Assembly: GCA_964016885.1 (NCBI GenBank)
Contig: OZ024742.1
Location: 295,120,001 to 295,184,000 of the forward strand
DNA: 64,000 nt
Direction: 5' to 3'
From: Eledone cirrhosa
Lineage: Eukaryota
A model generated the notes under the pieces. That model saw nothing but the letters and a program-made list of their open reading frames with translations. It was not told where the DNA came from and did not search any database. Of this stretch, positions 50,918 through 64,000 are shown piece after piece (within the stretch, counting starts at the first letter, position 1; each line of letters starts with the position of its first letter). The position numbers and the translations under genes were made by a program.

Positions 50918-53831
50918 TATATATAGAAAGAATGAGCCTGTGAATGTTGGATCTTCATTCATAACCAATTAATACAATCTAATATAAATAAGATGTTTTT
51001 CATTAAAATATTGTCTGACATACAATTAACAAGAAAGTTGTTATCTGAATTTTCAAGGTCTTGCCTGTGACCAAAGGTTTTTTTACCGAACATGACCTTT
51101 TAAAGTAATAAAAGTGATATATTTAATGAAGCAAGCTGTATTATATATTCATGAATGGTATATACAAGTATTTTGCAATAGATATTTTATTTAAATTCAT
51201 GAACCATGAAATGCTTTATCACTGGTCTCAGAGATCTTTACAATAAACAAAACGTTACAGATTGGTAAACTAAAACAAATACTTCAAACAGTGTTCTAAA
51301 ATTTCCTTCGTATATCGGTTTCCTTTCTTACAAAGCCTTTTTCATTGAGATGTTTAGATGAACAATGAAAGCTGTCCCATAAAATACATTAGTAGAAATC
51401 CTTAAAATATATATGTAAAATGAGTAATAAATGCTTGGACCAGTTCTATAATAGCAATCCATAAACCCATAGCAACAAAAATATTATACTGTGACAAACG
51501 CAGTAGTAACTAACACAACAAAACATTATACTTGCAGCAAATATTTTTATAATTATCAACTGTTATATTACAAATCACTCATAGACAAGGAGGGGGTTAT
51601 TTTCCTGTTTGATGTAATCCAATGAAAATATAATAACTAAAACTATATCTAAAAATAATTGAAACACCTTTGCTCCTACTATCCACTTTAATCTGATCAA
51701 ATAATAAAGGTCATATTTAAATACAGCGTAAATTAGAAAAGACTAAAGACAATTTACCGAAACTGGGAATAATTGAAATAGCTTTAAGAATTAGCCATCT
51801 GAGAATTCAGAAACTAGCGCGCTATTTAGATATTTCAATAATATATAAATTATAAATATAATATATATATCTATATATATATGAGCACCAATACTAATAT
51901 ATAGTCGTCATTTAACGTTGATTCTCTCCATTCAATGCAGAAACTTCGAAGTTACTGCCATTTTTTTTTTATTCGGAAAATATATCTTGTAAACTGCTCA
52001 CATGTATTGAGTGTACAATCATTCAGTTGTACATAAACCAACCCCATAAGTTTCTGCGAGCATGCTTTATAAAGAGAACATTTCACTGGCATTATTTTGT
52101 CAAACTGCATTGTCAGGTTGTGATTGAAATCCAACGTTTCACCTATTTCACACGTTTCTTTATGATATTATTAATTTCCAATTCAGTTTTACAGATGGCG
52201 AAATTAATTTTTTTACCCATCATATATATATATATATATAATTTGTAGATGGCTGGCTCCTTTTAACTGTTACTGTATAGTTTTCATCATGGACGGTATA
52301 TTAGAGTTCAGGTTTTCTATAGAGATATAAACGAAACACTTAATATGTATTTTTGATTGTTCCATAGATGTAGTTGAATGTATTTATTTATATAGTATTA
52401 AGAAAAAAGAAAGCAAAGCTATGCTCAAAAATAAATTTAACACTGAAGTACGTACTTAAAAGGTTCTTGTGTTGAAAAAGGACACCATTAAAAAAATATA
52501 GCTGTTTATTATCTTCGTAGAGAAAGCCACCATAAATCATTTTAAAGAGTTTTATTCCTAAATTTAACATAATTAATGCAGGTTAATGCAGGTATACATT
52601 CAATGGCTTTCGATGAGCAATAATAAAAGAAAAAAGCAAGGGCAATAGTTATACCACCGGTATAATTTAACTGATATTGTGATAGATCCATATTTTACAC
52701 ACACACATATATGGGTGTATGTGTGTGTGTCTATATATATATATATATATAATTATATATATAATGTAAGGTAATAAATAAACTCTATATGTAGATGGAT
52801 GTTATTTTAAGAATGATGTTAAATCTGTCCCTTCCCTCAAGTGGACAATTTTAAGTGAATGATAAAGTACTAAACTAGTATTTCAATTGTAATGTAAAAC
52901 TAGTTTTATACTACAGTAAATCTACACACCTATATCTATTTATATACACAATTGTATCTTAATACATATATATTTAAAACGTATGTATTCCTTTACACTC
53001 ACATTTTATTGAACGAATATATATATATATATATACATGCTTGTAAAATTATCTTCTAGGTTAGTAGCATATATATATAAATATATATACACATACTTGT
53101 AAATTAAAATCTATACTCATATGTACTGGGTGATCACTCACTTTATGTTTAACTGTTCTGTGTCTGATAATAAATATATAGTCATTACAAAACCATGTTA
53201 TGTTGATATATATACACACATATATATACATAATGTATGTATATGTGTGTGTGTGTGAACAGCTAAATATTTATTACATATAACGAATGATCATGCAAAA
53301 CAATGAATTGAAAATCACGCTACCTGTCTGTATTTTTGTGTAAATAACACGATTAAAAAATAGTTATGACAATCAAGAATCATGCCCGAGTGTAGAGTAT
53401 AATATATAGAATATGTATTAGTGTTTGAAAGGGCATACATATTATAGTTGTCAAATAGGATCGCCAAAACAGGCAGACAAGAGCGCAATCTGAAAAAATA
53501 AGTAGTGTGGTTTTTCTTGATAAATATTAGACATAATTCAATTAATATCTGCACAGATTTGGCGATTGTAGGAAGAGGGTAAATATGAATATAAAAAAAA
53601 TGGCTAGTGATTGTTGGAAGTATCAAGACTAGAAACATTGTGGATCGAGTTTGAGGATTAGTGAGGGAGAGAGTGGGGGAGGACTGACTGAAGAGATGAT
53701 AGTTTGTAGTGTTCTGAAAATTTTTCCACATTTGTGGAAATCATGTTCGGTTGATTTCAACTTGACTTTTACAACATGTAAGCAATGGACATAGAGAAAC
53801 GTTTTATGGAAATAATAGCTAGTCAACTTAC

Positions 53832-53896
53832 AGTAGATGAGTAGAAAAGGAGTTTCGATCGGCGTCCAGTTCTTCCGATTCACTTTGGTCAGCCAT
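53832..53896 (-). CDS. SETD2: SETD2 probable first coding exon (MADQSESEELDADRNSFSTHL-L)
   Basis: ATG in strong context (aaacATGG), 65 coding nt, consensus donor CT|GTAAGT; the phase-2 end joins in frame to the giant exon (CT+G = Leu). Not in the ORF track and no homology check possible. Confidence 0.7.
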
Positions 53897-54290
53897 GTTT
53901 CCTGAGTGAGTACCACATGACCCACTTAATACACACGCGCGCATACACATACACACACTGACAAATACTAACACACACACGCTGACATATACATTCACTC
54001 TCAGGTTTCCCTTTAATCAGTTCGCTTGACTTTAGTAGTAGAAAAAAAAGTAATCAAAATAATAAGAATTATAAGAACCAGTTGTAGAAGAGAGAGGGGG
54101 AAATATAGAAGAAATCTAGCCGAAATATATTACATATTGGAAGTAAATTAAATAAACCAACCAACAGAAGACAGGCTTCACAAAACAACCAAGGGCGCTC
54201 ATCATTACAGATTCTACACAATGAAGATCTTAACTCCAAACCAGACGCATACAGGACAGGACGCAGATGGTAAAAGGAAAAGTTGAACAA
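53897..54290 (-). other. Probable 5' UTR part of the SETD2 ATG exon
   Basis: Unique sequence between a candidate acceptor (gttatAG, 54291-54292) and the ATG; includes a (TG)n tract. No transcript data. Confidence 0.35.
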
Positions 54291-54299
54291 CTATAACAT

Positions 54300-54310
54300 A
54301 ATGTAAACGA

Positions 54311-54345
<35 letters not shown>

Positions 54346-55650
54346 ATAACAACATTTGAAGAAGGTTAGTTTAATGAAATGAAGTCCCGCGCGAAGTAGA
54401 GGAATTTTTTAATTAGTAACAAAAGCATCAGAGAGCAACCATATTACGGAGTTTTGTTTTAAAACATTACACTGATATTTATATTGACGATCGAGAAACA
54501 AAATATGATCATCGAGATGCTATCGAGTTTGTTTGGTGAAGAAATACAGGAGAATTGTTAGTAATTTTCAATAATTGAATTATCGTGTAAATTAATATGA
54601 AGAAATTTTCATTTTTGTAAATGTTCTGTTTATGTGCATAAAATCTGTTTATATTTAAATTTGTATGGGTTGTAAATCGAATTATTGTTTTAAAAAATAA
54701 TAAAAAGAAGTGAATTAACATTTATTTCTAAGGGAAAATGTGTTTATAATTTCTTGTTTAAAGGAGAATATGACAGCCACCCACTTACAAACTGAGGGAT
54801 CATATTTCTCCTTCCTTCTAATTAAGATTAACTAATTAATTAACCGCAATATATCATCGCCACTGTGTGTGTGTTTATATATAGAGAGAGATTGTTTTAT
54901 AAATCTATGTATTGAATGCTCACTTAATTTTCATGTCTGATTATATTATAAATAAAATATCCATGTTTTTTCAGAGTTAGAATATATATTTTCTGTTTGT
55001 TGAGTGATCGATATAGAAAGATATATAACTGTTTTACCTGACTTATCAGGCTGTCAACGATTCCACAATGCCTTACCGTTGTCTGGCGGTCTTCATAAAT
55101 TTACTAGAAATATATTAATGGATGTGTTTTATATAATCAGACAAAACTGAAACAAACTGGGTGAGCACTCAGGTAGGTGGAGTATAAATGTTATTTTACA
55201 TGGAAAAGGTTGATAGTGACTTCGAAGTGGTGTAATTAACCTGACTGTCGAAAGTGTCCGACCACTGACAAAACATCGAAATCAGTCAACATTATCTCTA
55301 GAAATATAATATTTAGAAACTTCCAAAAATAGTCAACCTTCTACAAGAGTAAAATAGATACTAAAATGGAGGACAGGCTTTAGACAAAAGAGCGAAAATA
55401 GCCTTTCCATTGGTTTTTATTTATCAGATCACTTCTCAACGACACTATACATCATCAATAGAACTTTGTTAAACTGGCTACGGTAATATATAAATATGTG
55501 TTGGTGTTAATTTTGGTTTGTACATTTATTTGTATAAAACTGAATGACTCCAGACAGCGTAATTCTATTACTGTATAAGTATATAACTTGGTTGACTGGA
55601 ATTCTAGTTTCGCGAAAAGCTAATTTATTCAATCAACCAAAATACATATA
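54300..55650 (-). promoter_or_regulatory. Probable SETD2 promoter / upstream-exon region
   Basis: Repeat-poor and visibly CpG-retaining. E2F-like TTCGCGCGGGA near 54385-54395, palindrome TTTCGCGAAA at 55608-55617, YY1-like AAAATGGAGG near 55363, CCAAT near 55410, pyrimidine initiator-like CTCTTTT (minus) near 55390. Confidence 0.4.
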
Positions 55651-58077
55651 AGTATATATTAGAGAGAGAAAGGGAATAATAAATGTTACAAACTATGTCC
55701 TTGGGTTACAGAAATATTGTAAGAGTAATGTATCTTTCCAAGGAAAATTATTCTCTATATATTTTATATGCCTAAACAAGCAACAACAAAATTGTTTAAA
55801 TTTTGATAGAACATTTTATATTTTCTTACATCGCTATTAACCTATATGACAAAACAAAAAAAATCTAGCTTTTAATAGCTAGATTTATTTGATAAAGAAT
55901 AACATAACTATATATGCAAATTTTGTATTCATTTTTACTGTGGCGATTTTGTCATGGGTCCAAATATACAGGCATTTATATATATATATATATACACACA
56001 GTCCACCATTGACTGCGTTAATAAGTTGTAATTATAAAACAAATCTAGGAAATAAATATATATTTGTTTTACACTATCTTACTTCAACCTTTCAGTTTAA
56101 TTAATCCAAGCGGGTTTAGAGAAGAATGTAACCATTGATTGAATTATCAAATATAAACATCGAATATATTTTAATATCATTATGATTTCAAGCTTTCTGT
56201 TATGAAAATTACTAACCGACTAGTTCCAAATTTCATAATTGACAGCCCGTTGTCATAATGAGTTAATTATTTTGACAAAGATGTGGTTATGGTTGATTTG
56301 CTCCGGGTAGACTTAGTAAAAGCATATCAGCCATGGCAGGTTCGTCTTCTTTTTTTTAGTCCACCGCGTACCGCAGACTACATTGTTCAATGTTTGTTTA
56401 TAAGACCGATAGTGTCTTTCGGGGTAAAATTGGCTGCTTTTTCTAGCATGTCAAACCCTTACGTACATGTTTCTTCCTCATTGGCTAATAAACAGATTTT
56501 GCTATATAAAGTGTCTACCATGCTGGTTTATTTTTTATAATTATTGCAGGGAGTCACTATTGTGTAGAATTACACCAGTCAACATTTCTTCGAGTCAGAA
56601 ACTCCTTAAATATTTCTACATGCCGACTATTTCATAATCATAACAAAGAAATTCTTTAGAGACCTGTACATGTGTTTATGAATAAGAATGAATTTTAATG
56701 GAATTAAGTTTTCATGTAATAATATTCGTTAATTTCCCAGCCATGTTTAATGTCAGGGGAGGTAATCAATGTCGACATTAAATTACACAGACTGAGTTTA
56801 ATCATTTTAGACTTTTTAGTAAAATTAAATAATTCCCACACATTAAAAAAATTAAATAAGGTGGTTTTAATAACAATATATCGTATTTCCTTATATTTGT
56901 GTGAATCGAAGTGAAAGGCAAAAGAATACGTACAGAAAATGGTATAAAAATTTGACCTTGCAGGCAACTAAATTGTCAATCTTTCACTCCTAAGACTTAA
57001 TTTATCCATATATATATATGGTAGTCGTTTTAAAACCACAGGCAACTTCCAGTAATTTCTGTGTGAATAAAAATTACAAACATAATTGTAATATACACGT
57101 TCGAAAAATATCTAAAAAGGTTATGAGGAAACCAAATCATGTGGTAGTGGTGGGGCAATAAACTAGTTATGTCGTTTTATATATAGTGACCCCCATCTGA
57201 CTTTCTGTAAAATGCAGATTTTTACATTGATCATTTTTCGAATGTGTAGATTACGATTATGTTTGTCAATTGTTTAAAAATTACACATCTTCACTCATAG
57301 ATCTCAAACCGAAGGATTACTGATGTTACTGTATTATTCAGCGTATAGAAAGCAGGGTGATATGGAAAAGTAGAAAGGTGCGTCTTATACACCGAAAAAT
57401 TTGGTTAAAAGAACGCCACGCTTTAGAAACGTTTCTAAATATTAAAAAAATACCTTCGCCAGAAAGTACATCTAAATGTTCAGAATGATCAGGAATTTAC
57501 ATTAAAATAATATTTTGAGAATAATATCGAGTGGGATATACAATTTAAAAAAATAAATAAATAAAAGGTTTTGAAAAAGAAGTAAAAAAAAAAAGAAAAA
57601 GACCTACCATAATTGTTTTGCCGACATTTTTTTAGAATTCGATATTTTGTATTTTTCCATCACAGCATCGCTTTCGGTGTATTTTCTTTGCATAATAACA
57701 AAACATCGCTTGAATCTTAAAAACTTTCAAATACTGGAAAGATATAAAACATTTTTACAATTATATTTAGTAAACAGAACCAATATTTATACATTACAAA
57801 TTCTGGTAATTTCCGTGAGCGAAAATGACATTAAAAAAATATATATATGAACACTTCCGAAAATGTATTTGTAAAATATGCATTAAGGTATTTATGGAAA
57901 AATAATAGTCAAGTGGGGATACTAAGCTGATTATGTTGATAAATTGTCATTTTATTTCACGGAAATTACTGCGAAGGATAATTGTAATATATGCGAAAAG
58001 TAAACGGAAAACAACAGCAAACGATACAGTACAGTGAAGATATATATTAGTTTAACGCTTGATACAGTAGGAAAAGA

Positions 58078-58116
58078 GTTTTGACGTTTCGGGCGTTAGT
58101 CTTTCTTCAGAAGATA
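58078..58116 (-). ncRNA. Decayed minimal hammerhead motif (Penelope-like relic)
   Basis: Minus strand CTGAAGA-AAGAC-taac-GCCC-GAAAC-GTC; core boxes intact, stems I and II mismatched. Confidence 0.45.
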
Positions 58117-61066
58117 TGAAGAGAAACGGAAAGTGATGATAAAAATTATATTTGATAATCGTTCAAACATGAAATAGCTTTTTTTTAGATTTATGATTAT
58201 CATCAGACTAAGGACTATGTTCTGTTGACGCAAAATGTTTAAAAAAAAAAAAGATTACAGCTTTCCAAATATCTCATTCCTTTACTAATGTGGATTTTTA
58301 GCTTCATTTTGGTTGATGTGACTTTAAAGAGGATTTCCATTTTACAATTACACAATATAATATATATATATTTGATCAAATAAATTGTAGTTTGAGTCAA
58401 AATCTTTAAATGTTTAAAATTCCATTTGTCTAGAGAACTCAGAATAATAGAATGTAACTATTTGATTGATTTAAAAAATGTATTATTTCGTCTAAAGAAG
58501 GGTGATACTCATATCATTTGTAAGGCCTCTTAAGTTGGTGCAGTAAATGTTCTGTTGAGCATCAAAATGCTGGGCGTAAAAACAAGGAGAGAGAAAGTGG
58601 TAATAGTGGTTTTACAGTATTGGAAGGAACTAGTAAGTTTGAATCATAGGACAACATGAAAAACACAAAATAATGATGATTTCGTGTGGACTTTGGAGAG
58701 AAGAGTAGGTGGTGTTAGAACAGGAGTAGTTATAGAAGATGAGAATGGAACTGTATCAGTAGTTATGTGAACATTTGTCCATCAGCTAGATGATTTTCCT
58801 TATTTTATGTTTAAAATGTTTGCATGCATATAGTAACAGCTCTGTCCTAGGTGTGTGAGCAGCATGCTAATATGGGTTACACTTGTACTTTATCAAATGT
58901 TCAGGGTAGCCTAGCTTTTTGGATATAATTTTCGCAATATTGTACATCTACTTTTACCATGAAATACTACCACACACAAACCTTCAAAGGGCTCTATTGA
59001 AGTGTAACTGTTAAGAGATTATTCCAAACAAGACTCCTCAAAGGGAACCCAGTCATTAGGAGGTTGGGGTAGGGTGATATAGTCTTAAACATTTACAACT
59101 TCATATACTGAATGTGAAAGGAGCTTACCAAGAAAAACAGTTAAAGATGAAGAAATGAAAGCCATAGGGTTGGTATGTGTGAGGAGTAGAGGCGATAAAG
59201 CAAAGTGAAGGTTGTAAGAGATTAATCTTTAGCTTGTTCATCATCATCATTGTTTTTATGTCTGTTTTTCCATGTTTACATATGTTAGAAGAGTCCTCTC
59301 CAGTACAATATCTATTTGTTTCTTTCCTTTGTCAAAGTTGTGTTATGAATAATGTAGCGACAGTATTCTAGGAATACACCCTGAACTATTATTATATGAA
59401 CTCTGTAAGTCTGGCAAAAGATTTAATAAGGTATGGATCTGAAACTAGGGATGTCATAAAATCTGATAACAAGGATATAGAGAAACAACACTAAAACGTT
59501 CAATAGATGAAAGTTTGTGGATCACAAATTTTGGGTTATAGGATTGATTTTATGAGTTATTGAAAGTTACGGCTGAGCACAACCCAGTGTTTTAATGCTA
59601 TTTCCCCTGCCAAATCATGGGTTAGCTTTCAGATCCCCATGACAGATTTCATATTCATCTTAAGGTCTTTTTGAAAGCAATGTTTTACAGGAAGTAATTA
59701 ATCCTAGATACAACAGTACTCCATTATATTTATCATCACGATTGATGTTTATGAAAGAAAAGAAACAAAGATTATTGATGATCTTTTAGAAATGTTGGAG
59801 TTGTCTATAAAATATTGAAGTATAATGCATTTGTTTTTGGTATTATTTTCATTTAAAAATATGTTAAAATGCTTTGTTTATGGGAAATAGCAGATACTAT
59901 TGATTTCTAACAGTCACAAGGCCATACATTTTATGTGAGAAGTATCATCAATCATATGATCTGGTATTTCACTAGTACGTTATTTTATCAACCTGAAAGG
60001 ATGAAAGGCAAATTGAGTCTGGCAGGATTCCAACTCAGAACATAATGAGATGTCATTAACATATTTCTGACATTGAAAATGAAACTTTTTCCCTAAAACA
60101 AGAATAAAAAATTTACTGTACATCTTAAGAGTATGAAGGTTACATTAAAGTATGTGAAAGTGGTGACAGAAACCATGTTTTTATTTTATCTATTTTTCAA
60201 AATTTTCAAGTTAAAATTGGGATACAGCTTTGACAATGAAAAACAATAAATATGCAAGGTATTTTGTCAGCTGCTCTACCAATCTTACCAACACATCACC
60301 AATGTAATAGTATGGAATTTCCAAGATAAGGAAGAATGTTAATTTGTCTTTAACATATGAAGTGTCAGACATGAGTGGGTGAGGAGAATCAGGAATATCT
60401 GATCATGCCACATGGTTTATTGGATGGATATGTAAAGGTGTATCAGGGACATGTAAATATAACATTTCTGGTGAAGAAACTTTAGATTCCAGCAGTTAAT
60501 TCTTAATGTAGAAAGCAGTCACATGGTATGCACCAATGTCTAGCTAGTGGTGTTAAACAAGATGAATCAACCCTCTTGATACCAAACCATCCCTTGTTTA
60601 TTTTAAAATTTATATCTATCTAAAACCCTTTCATCATAATTTTATGTAAGAACCTTTGTTAAGTTATGTTCCAAACACCAGATTAATAATGAGTAATTTA
60701 TATTACAAATTCTTGATTATTTTGAAAATTAAAGGCAGTGTCTTTGATTCGAAATATGGTAATGAATGTGTTATGTCTACCACCCAAGTAAACCACTGTG
60801 GGATTTGATCTCAGAACATATACAGCAAGGTAACTCTTTAGACAATAAAAATTCCACCATTCTAAACTGGTACATTATTTTATTAACCCCAAGAGAATGA
60901 AAAGCAAAGTCGAGTTTGGCATAATATGAACACAGAGCACAGGGAACAAGAAATATTTATGTAGATCATGAGCCAATGAAAGAGACAGTACATGATTACT
61001 AGACATGTTAGAATTAGCAATCAAAGTTAGTTATGTTGTATATACTGGATAAATTAGTACTGTCAA

Positions 61067-61158
61067 GAGAAATTTTGCAAATCAAGTAGAACAAAATTGC
61101 TTTCATTCATGGGAGAAATTTTGCAAATCAAGTAGAACAAAACTGCTTTCATTCATGG
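61067..61158. repeat. 46-bp direct tandem duplication
   Basis: GAGAAATTTTGCAAATCAAGTAGAACAAAAYTGCTTTCATTCATGG twice, one mismatch. Confidence 0.95.
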
Positions 61159-64000
61159 ATGGTGGAGAAGCTACTCTTAAAATTCAAGGGGGTCCAAATG
61201 TACTTTTTGTGGTGGAAGGGTAGATATCTACATTTCTCTTCTTGGCTCTTCCTGGCTTGTATTGGTTAAATGTCTCTACTCTTAAAAGACATGGTCCTGA
61301 ATTTGACATGCCAGAAAAGCAAGACAAGATGTTTATGACTTATGACTATAGAATTTTAAATAGGAATCCTTTAAAATGAATGGCTTTGTTTCATAGAACT
61401 AGAGGCAGTTTTGGTAGGGTTGATATCAAAAGGGTTAAGGGCACATATATTGGTGGAATACTCAGTTACATATGTGTTATTTGAATGAGTAGGCCATTCT
61501 ATTGATTGAACAAACAAGCCCACAAGCAAAACCATCAGTGGTCCATTTACTAACTGCATCACATCAGAGTATGTATCAATATTGACCAAATCCATTATGA
61601 AGGATGTTCAGATTGTTACACTTTTAGTCTAAGTATATAAACCACAATTGAAATCAAATAAAATTGTATGATTATGGAATGTTAAATAAGGACAAACTTC
61701 CTGAGAGGACCATCTGTATGACAGTCAAATATAGCTGTGACATATGGCAAACAATACATGGGGGGGGGGGGGGGGGGGGGGTTTAAAAATAAATCCCGGA
61801 AAATACTTAAACCTTGTTTTACCTTTTTTGTACTATATTAACTATTTTATACAAGGTAGTGTGCTAAATACAGCTGTTGTTGAGATGATATTCATATTTT
61901 AACTGCAGCTATTTTAAAGAAAGTTCTAGATTGTGTTGTTAAGTAGCTACAACCTTCATAGGTCAAGTGAAACGTGAGCATGACCTAGTTTTAAGTATAT
62001 ATATATATAATATAATATAATATATATAATAAAAATGCTGGGCAATTTGATTTCACTACTGACATGAAAGAAAGTGTAATGTAAAGCCACTAAACGTTTT
62101 TTTCTCTCATTGTATGCTTTGTAGGAAATAGGCTTTAACCCTTTCATTACCATATTTCTAATGAAAGACACTTCATTTTAATTAATTTATGAAACATTTT
62201 GATTTATTAAAATTATTAATTATTTAATTGGGATAGTAATTTAAAATGTGGTTCTCATATAAAATAATGTTGGAAGGGCATCCAGCCATAGAAAACTTGC
62301 CAAATATAGGGTCAGGAGGTCTCTTCAGCTTTGTCATAGCCATGACAACCTCCCTAATTTTGGTGATTTACATGATAAACATAATCTGTATACACTCTGG
62401 AAAATGGTTGGTAATAGGAAAAGCATCTAACCATAGAAAATATGCCAAACAAAGGCTCAGGAAGACTCATCAGCTATGCCAGACACATGACTTCCCTAGT
62501 GTTAGTGGCACAATAAACTGTACTTAGTAGAGTGTAAATTCATATGCCTGGGCCAGCTAGAGATCAGAGGTTCCACTTGAGTACTAACCAGTCTATGACA
62601 ACAACCCTTGTTAGCAGGGAAAACTAACATTAAGTGATGATGATGACAACTTTAATATAAATAGGACCATTTAAAATAGGTGGCTTTGTTTCATAGAATC
62701 AAAGCTGCTTTTGACCAGGTTGGTATCAAAAGGGTTAACCCCTTCATTAGCATATCTCTAATGAAATGTACTGCCAATAATTTAGTAAAATAACTCACTT
62801 TTTCATTTATTTAGCTGGTGTCTGAAGTTATAACACCAGGTTCTTACATAAAAATATGATGAAAGGTTTTTAGATAAATATAAACACTTTAAAATATACA
62901 GCTTTGTACCATAGAACCAGGATTGGTTTCAAACAGTTTGGTATCAAAAAAGAATTCAAATATCATTCTGCAAGCTGATAATAGAGCGGTACAACAGCAG
63001 CAAGTATTTAAAGGGCATTTTCCCAGCTAAAGCAAAGGTTAGCCTTGTAGGCCCATGAAAGGCCTTATACTCATCATAGGGCCCTTTTCAAGCAATGTTT
63101 TATGATTGGATGTCATTCCTAGTATTAACCCTTTTTGTTGTCTCTTATAACATGTAAGGATACAATGTTGATATCCTAAACTAGATACACACACGCATTA
63201 TCACACAGGATAAAATGCCTTGTGCTCTCAGTTAAAATCTTATTAAGTCCACTTTTGCCTTTCAGGGTAAAAAAATAAAGTAGCAATTCATGGTAGTGGA
63301 TTGAAAGAACCGTTGGAGCATTGAATGAGATATTTGTGGTATTTTGTTCCAGCCCTTTATGTTCTGAGTTCAAATTCCACTGTGGCCTACTTGGGTGGTA
63401 GACTTAATCTGTTGCCGAGTTTAACACAACCACCTGACTTGTGGATACCTTTAACAAAGTCCACTTTGTTGCAAACATTTGGATCATGGCTCCTGTTTAT
63501 GGATATCTTCCTCCCCCCATAACCTTTTAGCATTTACATTACTCTATATTTACTATTATATTTTCACAGTAAACACTTTACCTCACATAATTATCTCTCA
63601 GAATATTGAATCTATGAGATTTTTTACATTATTTATTTTGAGAACAATACCTTAACATTAGTATGAGCGGCCGGTTACAGCAGGTTTGAACAGAAAGAGG
63701 TGAGATAATTCAGGCCAGATATAGCCGATTTAAATGCTCAAAAGTCCCAAAAGAAGTCATGGGCGCTTGCTGACAATACAGTAAAAGGAAATAAAGTATT
63801 TCTAACTAGGCTTTATTGATATCAGACGTTGTGCTGAGTCATACAAATAGTTATAAGATGACAAATAATATAAAAATTATGACTGAAATTGAGGTTAACG
63901 ATAATTAAATCTTAACATCCTGTACAATATGACACTGCATTAGCAAGGTATTTCTTGAAAAGTATAAAAGAGTACTATGACTGCATCATATTGAAAATTA

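Noticed and set aside
56283-56540. gccATGGCAG|GTTCGT as first exon of a divergent gene
   Set aside because: 56290-56485 resembles a dispersed repeat also seen at about 26637-26720 plus 27000-27075 and inverted at 16255-16445; no downstream exon found.

Overview
AT-rich, repeat-dense eukaryotic genomic DNA; the SINE, MITE and microsatellite landscape suggests an octopod cephalopod (inference only). The window holds the 5' part of one minus-strand gene, the H3K36 trimethyltransferase SETD2/Set2. Six coding exons with GT-AG boundaries and matching phases were reconstructed by hand: 53896-53832, 35226-28174 (a 7053-nt giant exon), 23812-23684, 4878-4750, 4062-3861 and 679-588. Together they give about 2556 codons ending at the C-terminus of the SET domain; post-SET, WW and SRI exons must lie left of position 1. 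Introns contain decayed RTE- and CR1-type LINEs, two mariner remnants, tRNA-derived SINEs, TTAA-flanked MITEs and non-autonomous Helitrons. The best second-look items are a minimal type I hammerhead ribozyme fold at 5962-6026 (plus a decayed one near 58.1 kb), a 180-bp-arm foldback beside the SET exon, a young inverted SINE pair, a phase-compatible alternative first exon, and candidate RS-domain, ULM and PP1-docking motifs in the enlarged N-terminal disordered region. I found no evidence for a wholly new multi-gene system. All family names and human comparisons are from memory, not from a search.
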